Shown: one piece after another, positions 1-13,200 of the stretch
How the letters are laid out: every line of letters starts with the position of its first letter
Numbering within the stretch: position 1 is the first letter of the stretch
Assembly (NCBI GenBank): GCA_964016885.1
Contig: OZ024741.1
Span: 210,862,001 to 210,926,000, forward strand
DNA: 64,000 nucleotides
From: Eledone cirrhosa
Taxonomy: Eukaryota
Direction of reading: 5' to 3'
Translations under genes and position numbers: made by a program
The notes under the pieces: generated by a model
Told to the model about the DNA's origin: nothing
The model's database searches: none
What the model saw: only the letters and a program-made list of their open reading frames with translations

Positions 1-3000
1 TATCTCAGTCTCAGTCCACTGTCTCAGCCACAGTCCACTGTCTCAGCCTCAGTCCACTGTCTTAGCCTCAGTCCACCTATCTCAGTCTCAGTTCACTGTC
101 TCAGCCACAGTCCACTGTCTCTATCTCGGTCCACCTATCTCAGCCACAGTCCACTGTCTCAGCCACAGTCCACTGTCTCAGCCACAGTCCACTGTCTCAG
201 CTACAGTCCACTGTCTCAGCCACAGTCCACTGTCTCAGCCTCAGTCCACTGTCTCAGCCACAGTCCACTTATCTCAGCCTCAGTCCACTGTCTCAGTCTC
301 AGTCCACCTATCTCAGCCACAGTCCACTTATCTCAGCCACAGTCCACTGTCTCAGCCTCAGTCCACTGTCTCAGCCACAGTCCACTGTCTCAGCCACAGA
401 CCACTTATCTCAGTCTCAGTCCACCTATCTCAGCCACAGTCCACTTATCTCAGTCTCAGTCCACTGTCTCAGCCACAGTCCACTGTCTCATCCTCAGTCC
501 ACCTATCTCAGCCACAGTCCACAGTCTCAGCCTCAGTCCACCTACCTCAGCCTCAGTCCACCTATCTCAGCCACAGTCCACGTATCTCAGCCACAGTCCA
601 CTGTCTCAGCCTCAGTCCACTGTCTCAGCCACAGTCCACTGTCTCAGCCTCAATACACCTATCTCAGCCACAGTCCACTGTCTCAGCCACAGTCCACTGT
701 CTCAGCCTCAGTCCACTGTCTCAGCCACAGTCCACCTATCTCAGCCACAGTCCACTGTCTCAGCCACAGTCCACCTATCTCAGCCTCAGTCCACTGTCTC
801 AGTCTCAGTCCACTGTCTCAGCCACAGTCCACTGTCTCAGCCTCAGTCCACCTATCTCAGCCACAGTCCACTTATCTCAGTCTCAGTCCACTGTCTCATC
901 CTCAGTCAACCTATCTCAGCCACAGTCCACTGTCTCAGCCTCAGTCCACTGTCTCAGCCACAGTCCACAGTCTCAGCCTCAGTCCACCTATCACAGTCTC
1001 AGTCCACCTATCTCAGTCTCAGTCCACCTATCTCAGCTTCAGTCCACCTATCTCAGCCACAGTCCACCAATCTCAGCCTCAGTCCACTGTCTCAGTCTCA
1101 GTCCACTGTCTCAGCCACAGTCCACTGTCTCAGCCACAGACCACTTATCTCAGTCTCAGTCCACCTATCTCAGTCTCAGTCCACCTATCTCAGCCTCAGT
1201 CCACCTATCTCAGCCACAGTCCACCTATCTCAGCCACAGTCCACTGTCTCATCCTCAGTCAACCTATCTCAGCCACAGTCCACAGTCTCAGCCTCAGTCC
1301 ACCTATCTCAGCCACAGTCTCACTGTCTCAGCCTCAGTCCACTCTCTCAGCCACAGTCCACTTATGTCAGTCTCAGTCCACTGTCTCAGCCACAGTCCAC
1401 TGTCTCAGCCTCAGTCCACTGTCTCAGCCACAGTCCACAGTCTCAGCCTCAGTCCACCTATCTCAGTCTCAGTCCACCTATCTCAGTCTCAGTCCACCTA
1501 TCTCAGCTTCAGTCCACCTCTCTCAGCCACAGTCCACCTATCTCAGCCTCAGTCCACTGTCTCAGTCTCAGTCCACTCTCTCAGCCACAGTCCACTGTCT
1601 CAGCCACAGTCCACCTATCTCAGCCTCAGTCCACTGTCTCAGTCTCAGTCCACTGTCTCAGCCACAGTCCACCTATCTCAGCCACAGTCCACCTATCTCA
1701 GCCACAGACCACTTATCTCAGTCTCAGTCCACCTATCTCAGTCTCAGTCCACTGTCTCAGCCTCAGTCCACCTATCTCAGTCACAGTCCACCTATCTCAG
1801 TCTCAGTCCACTGTCTCAGCCACAGACCACTTATCTCAGTCTCAGTCCACCTATCTCAGCCTCAGTCCACCTATCTCAGCCACAGTCCACCTATCTCAGC
1901 CACAGTCCACTGTCTCATCCTCAGTCAACCTATCTCAGCCACAGTCCACAGTCTCAGCCTCAGTCCACCTATCTCAGTCTCAGTCCACCTACCTCAGCCT
2001 CAGTCCACCTATCTCAGCCATAGTCCACCTATCTCAGCCACAGTCCACTGTCTCATCCTCAGTCAACCTATCTCAGCCACAGTCCACAGTCTCAGCCTCA
2101 GTCCACTGTCTCAGTCTCAGTCCACTGTCTCAGCCACAGTCCACTGTCTCAGCCTCAGTACACCTATCTCAGCCACAGTCCACTGTCTCAGCCTCAGTAC
2201 ACCTATCTCAGTCTCAGTCCACTGTCTCAGCCACAGTCCGCTGTCTCAGCCACAATCCACCTAACTCAGCCAGAGTCCACTGTCTCAGCCACAGTCCACT
2301 GTCTCAGCCTCAGTCCACTGTCTCAGCCTCAGTCCACCTATCTCAGCCACAGTCCACCTATCTCAGCCACAGTCCACTGTCTCAGCCTCAGTCCACCTAT
2401 CTCAGCCACAGTCCACCTATCTCAGTCTCAGTCCACCTACCTCAGCCTCAGTCCACCTATCTCAGCCTCAGTCCACCTATCTCAGCCACAGTCCACCTAT
2501 CTCAGCCACAGTGCACTGTCTCATCCTCAGTCAACCTATCTCAGCCACAGTCCACAGTCTCAGCCTCAGTCCACCTATCTCAGTCTCAGTCCACCTATCT
2601 CAGCCACAGTCCACTGTCTCAGCCACAGTCCATTGTCTCAGCCTCAGTCCACTGTCTCATCCTCAGTACACCTATCACAGCCACAGTCCACTGTCTCAGC
2701 CTCAGTCCACCTATCTCAGCCACAGTCCACCTATCTCAGCCACAGTCCACTGTCTCAGCCACAGTCCATTGTCTCAGCCTCAGTCCACCGTCTCAGCCTC
2801 AGTACACCTATCTCAGCCACAGTCCACTGTCTCAGCCACAATCCACTGCCTCAGCCAGAGTCCACCGTCTCAGCCACAGTCCACTGTCTCAGCCACAGTC
2901 CACTGTCTCAGTCTCATTCCACTGTCTCAGCCTCAGTCCACCTATCTCAGTCTCAGTCCACTGTCTCTGCCTCAGTCCACCTATCTCAGTCACAGTCCAC

Positions 3001-5676
3001 TGTCTCAGCCACAGTCCACTGTCTCAGCCACAGTCCACCTATCTCAGCCACAGTCCACCTATCTCAGCCACAGTCCACTTATCTCAGTCTCAGTCCACTG
3101 TCTCAGCCACAGTCCACTGTCTCAGCCTCAGTCCACTGTCTTAGCCTCAGTCCACCTATCTCAGTCTCAGTTCACTGTCTCAGCCACAGTCCACTGTCTC
3201 TATCTCGGTCCACCTATCTCAGCCACAGTCCACTGTCTCAGCCACAGTCCACTGTCTCAGCCACAGTCCACTGTCTCAGCTACAGTCCACTGTCTCAGCC
3301 ACAGTCCACTGTCTCAGCCTCAGTCCACTGTCTCAGCCACAGTCCACTTATCTCAGCCTCAGTCCACTGTCTCAGTCTCAGTCCACCTATCTCAGCCACA
3401 GTCCACTTATCTCAGCCACAGTCCACTGTCTCAGCCTCAGTCCACTGTCTCAGCCACAGTCCACTGTCTCAGCCACAGACCACTTATCTCAGTCTCAGTC
3501 CACCTATCTCAGCCACAGTCCACTTATCTCAGTCTCAGTCCACTGTCTCAGCCACAGTCCACTGTCTCATCCTCAGTCCACCTATCTCAGCCACAGTCCA
3601 CAGTCTCAGCCTCAGTCCACCTACCTCAGCCTCAGTCCACCTATCTCAGCCACAGTCCACGTATCTCAGCCACAGTCCACTGTCTCAGCCTCAGTCCACT
3701 GTCTCAGCCACAGTCCACTGTCTCAGCCTCAATACACCTATCTCAGCCACAGTCCACTGTCTCAGCCACAGTCCACTGTCTCAGCCTCAGTCCACTGTCT
3801 CAGCCACAGTCCACCTATCTCAGCCACAGTCCACTGTCTCAGCCACAGTCCACCTATCTCAGCCTCAGTCCACTGTCTCAGTCTCAGTCCACTGTCTCAG
3901 CCACAGTCCACTGTCTCAGCCTCAGTCCACCTATCTCAGCCACAGTCCACTTATCTCAGTCTCAGTCCACTGTCTCATCCTCAGTAAACCTATCTCAGCC
4001 ACAGTCCACTGTCTCAGCCTCAGTCCACTGTCTCAGCCACAGTCCACAGTCTCAGCCTCAGTCCACCTATCTCAGTCTCAGTCCACCTATCTCAGTCTCA
4101 GTCCACCTATCTCAGCTTCAGTCCACCTATCTCAGCCACAGTCCACCAATCTCAGCCTCAGTCCACTGTCTCAGTCTCAGTCCACTGTCTCAGCCACAGT
4201 CCACTGTCTCAGCCACAGACCACTTATCTCAGTCTCAGTCCACCTATCTCAGTCTCAGTCCACCTATCTCAGCCTCAGTCCACCTATCTCAGCCACAGTC
4301 CACCTATCTCAGCCACAGTCCACTGTCTCATCCTCAGTCAACCTATCTCAGCCACAGTCCACAGTCTCAGCCTCAGTCCACCTATCTCAGCCACAGTCTC
4401 ACTGTCTCAGCCTCAGTCCACTCTCTCAGCCACAGTCCACTTATGTCAGTCTCAGTCCACTGTCTCAGCCACAGTCCACTGTCTCAGCCTCAGTCCACTG
4501 TCTCAGCCACAGTCCACAGTCTCAGCCTCAGTCCACCTATCTCAGTCTCAGTCCACCTATCTCAGTCTCAGTCCACCTATCTCAGCTTCAGTCCACCTCT
4601 CTCAGCCACAGTCCACCTATCTCAGCCTCAGTCCACTGTCTCAGTCTCAGTCCACTCTCTCAGCCACAGTCCACTGTCTCAGCCACAGTCCACCTATCTC
4701 AGCCTCAGTCCACTGTCTCAGTCTCAGTCCACTGTCTCAGCCACAGTCCACCTATCTCAGCCACAGTCCACCTATCTCAGCCACAGACCACTTATCTCAG
4801 TCTCAGTCCACCTATCTCAGTCTCAGTCCACTGTCTCAGCCTCAGTCCACCTATCTCAGTCACAGTCCACCTATCTCAGTCTCAGTCCACTGTCTCAGCC
4901 ACAGACCACTTATCTCAGTCTCAGTCCACCTATCTCAGCCTCAGTCCACCTATCTCAGCCACAGTCCACCTATCTCAGCCACAGTCCACTGTCTCATCCT
5001 CAGTCAACCTATCTCAGCCACAGTCCACAGTCTCAGCCTCAGTCCACCTATCTCAGTCTCAGTCCACCTACCTCAGCCTCAGTCCACCTATCTCAGCCAT
5101 AGTCCACCTATCTCAGCCACAGTCCACTGTCTCATCCTCAGTCAACCTATCTCAGCCACAGTCCACAGTCTCAGCCTCAGTCCACTGTCTCAGTCTCAGT
5201 CCACTGTCTCAGCCACAGTCCACTGTCTCAGCCTCAGTACACCTATCTCAGCCACAGTCCACTGTCTCAGCCTCAGTACACCTATCTCAGTCTCAGTCCA
5301 CTGTCTCAGCCACAGTCCGCTGTCTCAGCCACAATCCACCTAACTCAGCCAGAGTCCACTGTCTCAGCCACAGTCCACTGTCTCAGCCTCAGTCCACTGT
5401 CTCAGCCTCAGTCCACCTATCTCAGCCACAGTCCACCTATCTCAGCCACAGTCCACTGTCTCAGCCTCAGTCCACCTATCTCAGCCACAGTCCACCTATC
5501 TCAGTCTCAGTCCACCTACCTCAGCCTCAGTCCACCTATCTCAGCCTCAGTCCACCTATCTCAGCCACAGTCCACCTATCTCAGCCACAGTGCACTGTCT
5601 CATCCTCAGTCAACCTATCTCAGCCACAGTCCACAGTCTCAGCCTCAGTCCACCTATCTCAGTCTCAGTCCACCTA
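1..5676 (+). repeat. Direct duplication, offset 3079 bp (1-2597 vs 3080-5676)
   Basis: Rare markers pair at the same offset: TATCTCGGTC 122/3201, ATGTCAG 1364/4443, CAATCCACCTAAC 2253/5332, GTGCAC 2511/5590. The match ends at 2598/5677. Confidence 0.9.
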
Positions 5677-8600
5677 CCTCAGCCTCAGTCCACCTATCTC
5701 AGCCATAGTCCACCTATCTCAGCCACAGTCCACTGTCTCATCCTCAGTCAACCTATCTCAGCCTCAGTCCACTGTCTCAGTCTCAGTCCACTGTCTCAGC
5801 CACAGTCCACTGTCTCAGCCTCAGTACACCTATCTCAGCCACAGTCCACTGTCTCAGCCTCAGTACACCTATCTCAGTCTCAGTCCACTGTCTCAGCCAC
5901 AGTCCACTGTCTCAGCCACAATCCACCTAACTCAGCCAGAGTCCACTGTCTCAGCCACAGTCCACTGTCTCAGCCTCAGTCCACTGTGTCAGCCTCAGTC
6001 CACCTATCTCAGCCACAGTCCACCTATCTCAGCCACAGTCCACTGTCTCAGCCTCAGTCCACCTATCTCAGCCACAGTCCACCTATCTCAGTCTCAGTCC
6101 ACCTACCTCAGCCTCAGTCCACCTATCTCAGCCACAGTCCACGTATCTCAGCCACAGTCCACTATCTCAGCCTCAGTCCACTGTCTCAGTCTCAGTCCAC
6201 AGTCTCAGCCACAGTCCACTGTCTCAGCCACAGTCCACCTATCTCAGCCACAGTCCACTGTCTCAGCCTCAGTCCACCTATCTCAGCCACAGTCCACCTA
6301 TCTCAGCCACAGTCCACTGTCTCAGCCTCAGTCCACCTATCTCAGCCACAGTCCACCTATCTCAGCCACAGTCCACTGTCTCAGCCACAGTCCATTGTCT
6401 CAGCCTCAGTCCACTGTCTCAGCCTCAGTACACCTATCTCAGCCACAGTCCACTGTCTCAGCCTCAGTCCACCTATCTCAGCCACAGTCCACCTATCTCA
6501 GCCACAGTCCACTGTCTCAGCCACAGTCCACTGTCTCAGCCTCAGTCCACTGTCTCAGCCTCAGTCCACCTATCTCAGCCACAGTCCACTGTCTCAGCCA
6601 CAGTCCACTGTCTCAGCCTCAGTTCACTGTCTCAGCCACAGTCCACTGTCTCAGCTACAGTCCACTGTCTGAGCCACAGTCCATTGTCTCAGCCTCAGTC
6701 CACTGTCTCAGCCTCAGTACACCTATCTCAGCCACAGTCCACTGTCTCAGCCTCAGTCCACCTATCTCAGCCACAGTCCACCTATCTCAGCCACAGACCA
6801 CTTATCTCAGTCTCAGTCCACCTATCTCAGTCTCAGTCCACTGTCTCAGCCTCAGTCCACCTATCTCAGTCACAGTCCACCTATCTCAGTCTCAGTCCAC
6901 TGTCTCAGCCACAGACCACTTATCTCAGTCTCAGTCCACCTATCTCAGTCTCAGTCCACCTATCTCAGCCTCAGTCCACCTATCTCAGCCACAGTCCACT
7001 GTCTCATCCTCAGTCAACCTATCTCAGCCACAGTCCACAGTCTCAGCCTCAGTCCACCTATCTCAGCCACAGTCTCACTGTCTCAGCCTCAGTCCACTCT
7101 CTCAGCCACAGTCCACTTATGTCAGTCTCAGTCCACTGTCTCAGCCACAGTCCACTGTCTCAGCCTCAGTCCACTGTCTCAGCCACAGTCCACAGTCTCA
7201 GCCTCAGTCCACCTATCTCAGTCTCAGTCCACCTATTTCAGTCTCAGTCCACCTATCTCAGCTTCAGTCCACCTCTCTCAGCCACAGTCCACCTATCTCA
7301 GCCTCAGTCCACTGTCTCAGTCTCAGTCCACTCTCTCAGCCACAGTCCACTGTCTCAGCCACAGTCCACCTATCTCAGCCTCAGTCCACTGTCTCAGTCT
7401 CAGTCCACTGTCTCAGCCACAGTCCACCTATCTCAGCCACAGTCCACCTATCTCAGCCACAGACCACTTATCTCAGTCTCAGTCCACCTATCTCAGTCTC
7501 AGTCCACTGTCTCAGCCTCAGTCCACCTATCTCAGTCACAGTCCACCTATCTCAGTCTCAGTCCACTGTCTCAGCCACAGACCACTTATCTCAGTCTCAG
7601 TCCACCTATCTCAGCCTCAGTCCACCTATCTCAGCCACAGTCCACCTATCTCAGCCACAGTCCACTGTCTCATCCTCAGTCAACCTATCTCAGCCACAGT
7701 CCACAGTCTCAGCCTCAGTCCACCTATCTCAGTCTCAGTCCACCTACCTCAGCCTCAGTCCACCTATCTCAGCCATAGTCCACCTATCTCAGCCACAGTC
7801 CACTGTCTCATCCTCAGTCAACCTATCTCAGCCACAGTCCACAGTCTCAGCCTCAGTCCACTGTCTCAGTCTCAGTCCACTGTCTCAGCCACAGTCCACT
7901 GTCTCAGCCTCAGTACACCTATCTCAGCCACACTCCACTGTCTCAGCCTCAGTACACCTATCTCAGTCTCAGTCCACTGTCTCAGCCACAGTCCACTGTC
8001 TCAGCCACAATCCACCTAACTCAGCCAGAGTCCACTGTCTCAGCCACAGTCCACTGTCTCAGCCTCAGTCCACTGTCTCAGCCTCAGTCCACCTATCTCA
8101 GCCACAGTCCACCTATCTCAGCCACAGTCCACTGTCTCAGCCTCAGTCCACCTATCTCAGCCACAGTCCACCTATCTCAGTCTCAGTCCACCTACCTCAG
8201 CCTCAGTCCACCTATCTCAGCCTCAGTTCACCTATCTCAGCCACAGTCCACCTATCTCAGCCACAGTGCACTGTCTCATCCTCAGTCAACCTATCTCAGC
8301 CACAGTCCACAGTCTCAGCCTCAGTCCACCTATCTCAGTCTCAGTCTACCTACCTCAGCCTCAGTCCACCTATCTCAGCCATAGTCCACCTATCTCAGCC
8401 ACAGTCCACTGTCTCATCCTCAGTCAACCTATCTCAGCCTCAGTCCACTGTCTCAGTCTCAGTCCACTGTCTCAGCCACAGTCCACTGTCTCAGCCTCAG
8501 TACACCTATCTCAGCCACAGTCCACTGTCTCAGCCTCAGTACACCTATCTCAGCTTCAGTCCACCTCTCTCAGCCACAGTCCACCTATCTCAGCCTCAGT

Positions 8601-10285
8601 CCACTGTCTCAGTCTCAGTCCACTCTCTCAGCCACAGTCCACTGTCTCAGCCACAGTCCACCTATCTCAGCCTCAGTCCACTGTCTCAGTCTCAGTCCAC
8701 TGTCTCAGCCACAGTCCACCTATCTCAGCCACAGTCCACCTATCTCAGCCACAGACCACTTATCTCAGTCTCAGTCCACCTATCTCAGTCTCAGTCCACA
8801 GTCTCAGCCTCAGTCCACCTATCTCAGTCACAGTCCACCTATCTCAGTCTCAGTCCACTGTCTCAGCCACAGACCACTTATCTCAGTCTCAGTCCACCTA
8901 TCTCAGCCTCAGTCCACCTATCTCAGCCACAGTCCACCTATCTCAGCCACAGTCCACTGTCTCATCCTCAGTCAACCTATCTCAGCCACAGTCCACAGTC
9001 TCAGCCTCAGTCCACCTATCTCAGTCTCAGTCCACCTACCTCAGCCTCAGTCCACCTATCTCAGCCATAGTCCACGTATCTCAGCCACAGTCCACTGTCT
9101 CATCCTCAGTCAACCTATCTCAGCCACAGTCCACAGTCTCAGCCTCAGTCCACTGTCTCAGTCTCAGTCCACTGTCTCAGCCACAGTCCACTGTCTCAGC
9201 CTCAGTACACCTATCTCAGCCACAGTCCACTGTCTCAGCCTCAGTACACCTATCTCAGTCTCAGTCCACTGTCTCAGCCACAGTCCACTGTCTCAGCCAC
9301 AATCCACCTAACTCAGCCAGAGTCCACTGTCTCAGCCACAGTCCACTGTCTCAGCCTCAGTCCACTGTCTCAGCCTCAGTCCACCTATCTCAGCCACAGT
9401 CCACCTATCTCAGCCACAGTCCACTGTCTCAGCCTCAGTCCACCTATCTCAGCCACAGTCCACCTATCTCAGTCTCAGTCCACCTACCTCAGCCTCAGTC
9501 CACCTATCTCAGCCTCAGTCCACCTATCTCAGCCACAGTCCACCTATCTCAGCCACAGTGCACTGTCTCATCCTCAGTCAACCTATCTCAGCCACAGTCC
9601 ACAGTCTCAGCCTCAGTCCACCTATCTCAGTCTCAGTCCACCTACCTCAGCCTCAGTCCACCTATCTCAGCCATAGTCCACCTATCTCAGCCACAGTCCA
9701 CTGTCTCATCCTCAGTCAACCTATCTCAGCCTCAGTCCACTGTCTCAGTCTCAGTCCACTGTCTCAGCCACGGTCCACTGTCTCAGCCTCAGTACACCTA
9801 TCTCAGCCACAGTCCACTGTCTCAGCCTCAGTACACCTATCTCAGTCTCAGTCCACTGTCTCAGCCACAGTCCACTGTCTCAGCCACAATCCACCTAACT
9901 CAGCCAGAGTCCACTGTCTCAGCCACAGTCCACTGTCTCAGCCTCAGTCCAGTGTCAGCCTCAGTCCACCTATCTCAGCCACAGTCCACCTATCTCAGCC
10001 ACAGTCCACTGTCTCAGCCTGAGTCCACCTATCTCAGCCACAGTCCACCTATCTCAGTCTCAGTCCACCTACCTCAGCCTCAGTCCACCTATCTCAGCCA
10101 CAGTCCACGTATCTCAGCCACAGTCCACTATCTCAGCCTCAGTCCACTGTCTCAGTCTCAGTCCACAGTCTCAGCCACAGTCCACTGTCTCAGCCACAGT
10201 CCACCTATCTCAGCCACAGTCCACTGTCTCAGCCTCAGTCCACCTATCTCAGCCACAGTCCACCTATCTCAGCCACAGTCCACTG

Positions 10286-13200
10286 TCTCAGCCTCAGTCC
10301 ACCTATCTCAGCCACAGTCCACCTATCTCAGCCACAGTCCACTGTCTCAGCCACAGTCCATTGTCTCAGCCTCAGTCCACTGTCTCAGCCTCAGTACACC
10401 TATCTCAGCCACAGTCCACTGTCTCAGCCTCAGTCCACCTATCTCAGCCACAGTCCACCTATCTCAGCCACAGTCCACTGTCTCAACCACAGTCCACTGT
10501 CTCAGCCTCAGTCCACTGTCTCAGCCTCAGTCCACCTATCTCAGCCACAGTCCACTGTCTCAGCCACAGTCCACTGTCTCAGCCTCAGTTCACTGTCTCA
10601 GCCACAGTCCACTGTCTCAGCTACAGTCCACTGTCTGAGCCACAGTCCATTGTCTCAGCCTCAGTCCACTGTCTCAGCCTCAGTACACCTATCTCAGCCA
10701 CAGTCCACTGTCTCAGCCTCAGTCCACCTATCTCAGCCACAGTCCACCTGTCTCAGCCACAGACCACTTATCTCAGTCTCAGTCCACCTATCTCAGTCTC
10801 AGTCCACTGTCTCAGCCTCAGTCCACCTATCTCAGTCACAGTCCACCTATCTCAGTCTCAGTCCACTGTCTCAGCCACAGACCACTAATCTCAGTCTCAG
10901 TCCACCTATCTCAGTCTCAGTCCACCTATCTCAGCCTCAGTCCAACTATCTCAGCCACAGTCCACCTATCTCAGCCACAGTCCACTGTCTCATCCTCAGT
11001 CAACCTATCTCAGCCACAGTCCACAGTCTCAGCCTCAGTCCACCTATCTCAGCCACAGTCTCACTGTCTCAGCCTCAGTCCACTCTCTCAGCCACAGTCC
11101 ACTTATGTCAGTCTCAGTCCACTGTCTCAGCCACAGTCCAATGTCTCAGCCTCAGTCCACTGTCTCAGCCACAGTCCACAGTCTCAGCCTCAGTCCACCT
11201 ATCTCAGTCTCAGTCCACCTATCTCAGTCTCAGTCCACCTATCTCAGCTTCAGTCCACCTCTCTCAGCCACAGTCCACCTATCTCAGCCTCAGTCCACTG
11301 TCTCAGTCTCAGTCCACTCTCTCAGCCACAGTCCACTGTCTCAGCCACAGTCCACCTATCTCAGCCTCAGTCCACTGTCTCAGTCTCAGTCCACTGTCTC
11401 AGCCACAGTCCACCTATCTCAGCCACAGTCCACCTATCTCAGCCACAGACCACTTATCTCAGTCTCAGTCCACCTATCTCAGTCTCAGTCCACTGTCTCA
11501 GCCTCAGTCCACCTATCTCAGTCACAGTCCACCTATCTCAGTCTCAGTCCACTGTCTCAGCCACAGACCACTTATCTCAGTCTCAGTCCACCTATCTCAG
11601 CCTCAGTCCACCTATCTCAGCCACAGTCCACCTATCTCAGCCACAGTCCACTGTCTCATCCTCAGTCAACCTATCTCAGCCACAGTCCACAGTCTCAGCC
11701 TCAGTCCACCTATCTCAGTCTCAGTCCACCTACCTCAGCCTCAGTCCACCTATCTCAGCCATAGTCCACCTATCTCAGCCACAGTCCACTGTCTCATCCT
11801 CAGTCAACCTATCTCAGCCACAGTCCACAGTCTCAGCCTCAGTCCACTGTCTCAGTCTCAGTCCACTGTCTCAGCCACAGTCCACTGTCTCAGCCTCAGT
11901 ACACCTATCTCAGCCACAGTCCACTGTCTCAGCCTCAGTACACCTATCTCAGTCTCAGTCCACTGTCTCAGCCACAGTCCACTGTCTCAGCCACAATCCA
12001 CCTAACTCAGCCAGAGTCCACTGTCTCAGCCACAGTCCACTGTCTCAGCCTCAGTCCACTGTCTCAGCCTCAGTCCACCTATCTCAGCCACAGTCCACCT
12101 ATCTCAGCCACAGTCCACTGTCTCAGCCTCAGTCCACCTATCTCAGCCACAGTCCACCTATCTCAGTCTCAGTCCACCTACCTCAGCCTCAGTCCACCTA
12201 TCTCAGCCTCATTCCACCTATCTCAGCCACAGTCCACCTATCTCAGCCACAGTGCACTGTCTCATCCTCAGTCAACCTATCTCAGCCACAGTCCACAGTC
12301 TCAGCCTCAGTCCACCTATCTCAGTCTCAGTCCACCTACCTCAGCCTCAGTCCACCTATCTCAGCCATAGTCCACCTATCTCAGCCACAGTCCACTGTCT
12401 CATCCTCAGTCAACCTATCTCAGCCTCAGTCCACTGTCTCAGTCTCAGTCCACTGTCTCAGCCACGGTCCACTGTCTCAGCCTCAGTACACCTATCTCAG
12501 CCACAGTCCACTGTCTCAGCCTCAGTACACCTATCTCAGTCTCAGTCCACTGTCTCAGCCACAGTCCACTGTCTCAGCCACAATCCACCTAACTCAGCCA
12601 GAGTCCACTGTCTCAGCCACAGTCCACTGTCTCAGCCTCAGTCCAGTGTCAGCCTCAGTCCACCTATCTCAGCCACAGTCCACCTATCTCAGCCACAGTC
12701 CACTGTCTCAGCCTGAGTCCACCTATCTCAGCCACAGTCCACCTATCTCAGTCTCAGTCCACCTACCTCAGCCTCAGTCCACCTATCTCAGCCACAGTCC
12801 ACGTATCTCAGCCACAGTCCACTATCTCAGCCTCAGTCCACTGTCTCAGTCTCAGTCCACAGTCTCAGCCACAGTCCACTGTCTCAGCCACAGTCCACCT
12901 ATCTCAGCCACAGTCCACTGTCTCAGCCTCAGTCCACCTATCTCAGCCACAGTCCACCTATCTCAGCCACAGTCCACTGTCTCAGCCTCAGTCCACCTAT
13001 CTCAGCCACAGTCCACCTATCTCAGCCACAGTCCACTGTCTCAGCCACAGTCCATTGTCTCAGCCTCAGTCCACTGTCTCAGCCTCAGTACACCTATCTC
13101 AGCCACAGTCCACTGTCTCAGCCTCAGTCCACCTATCTCAGCCACAGTCCACCTATCTCAGCCACAGTCCACTGTCTCAACCACAGTCCACTGTCTCAGC

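Noticed and set aside
2507-2513. V(D)J RSS heptamer CACAGTG and near matches CACAGTC/CACTGTC in most monomers
   Set aside because: There is no A-rich nonamer (ACAAAAACC) at 12 or 23 bp and no V/J segments. The match is likely coincidental.
2633-9070. 2145-aa Ser/Gln/Pro/His-rich ORF and all overlapping + strand ORFs (mucin-like appearance)
   Set aside because: The + strand consensus lacks TAA/TAG/TGA, so all three frames are open and give the same peptide motifs. Monomer lengths are not multiples of 3, starts and stops come from rare variants, and there is no unique domain or signal peptide.
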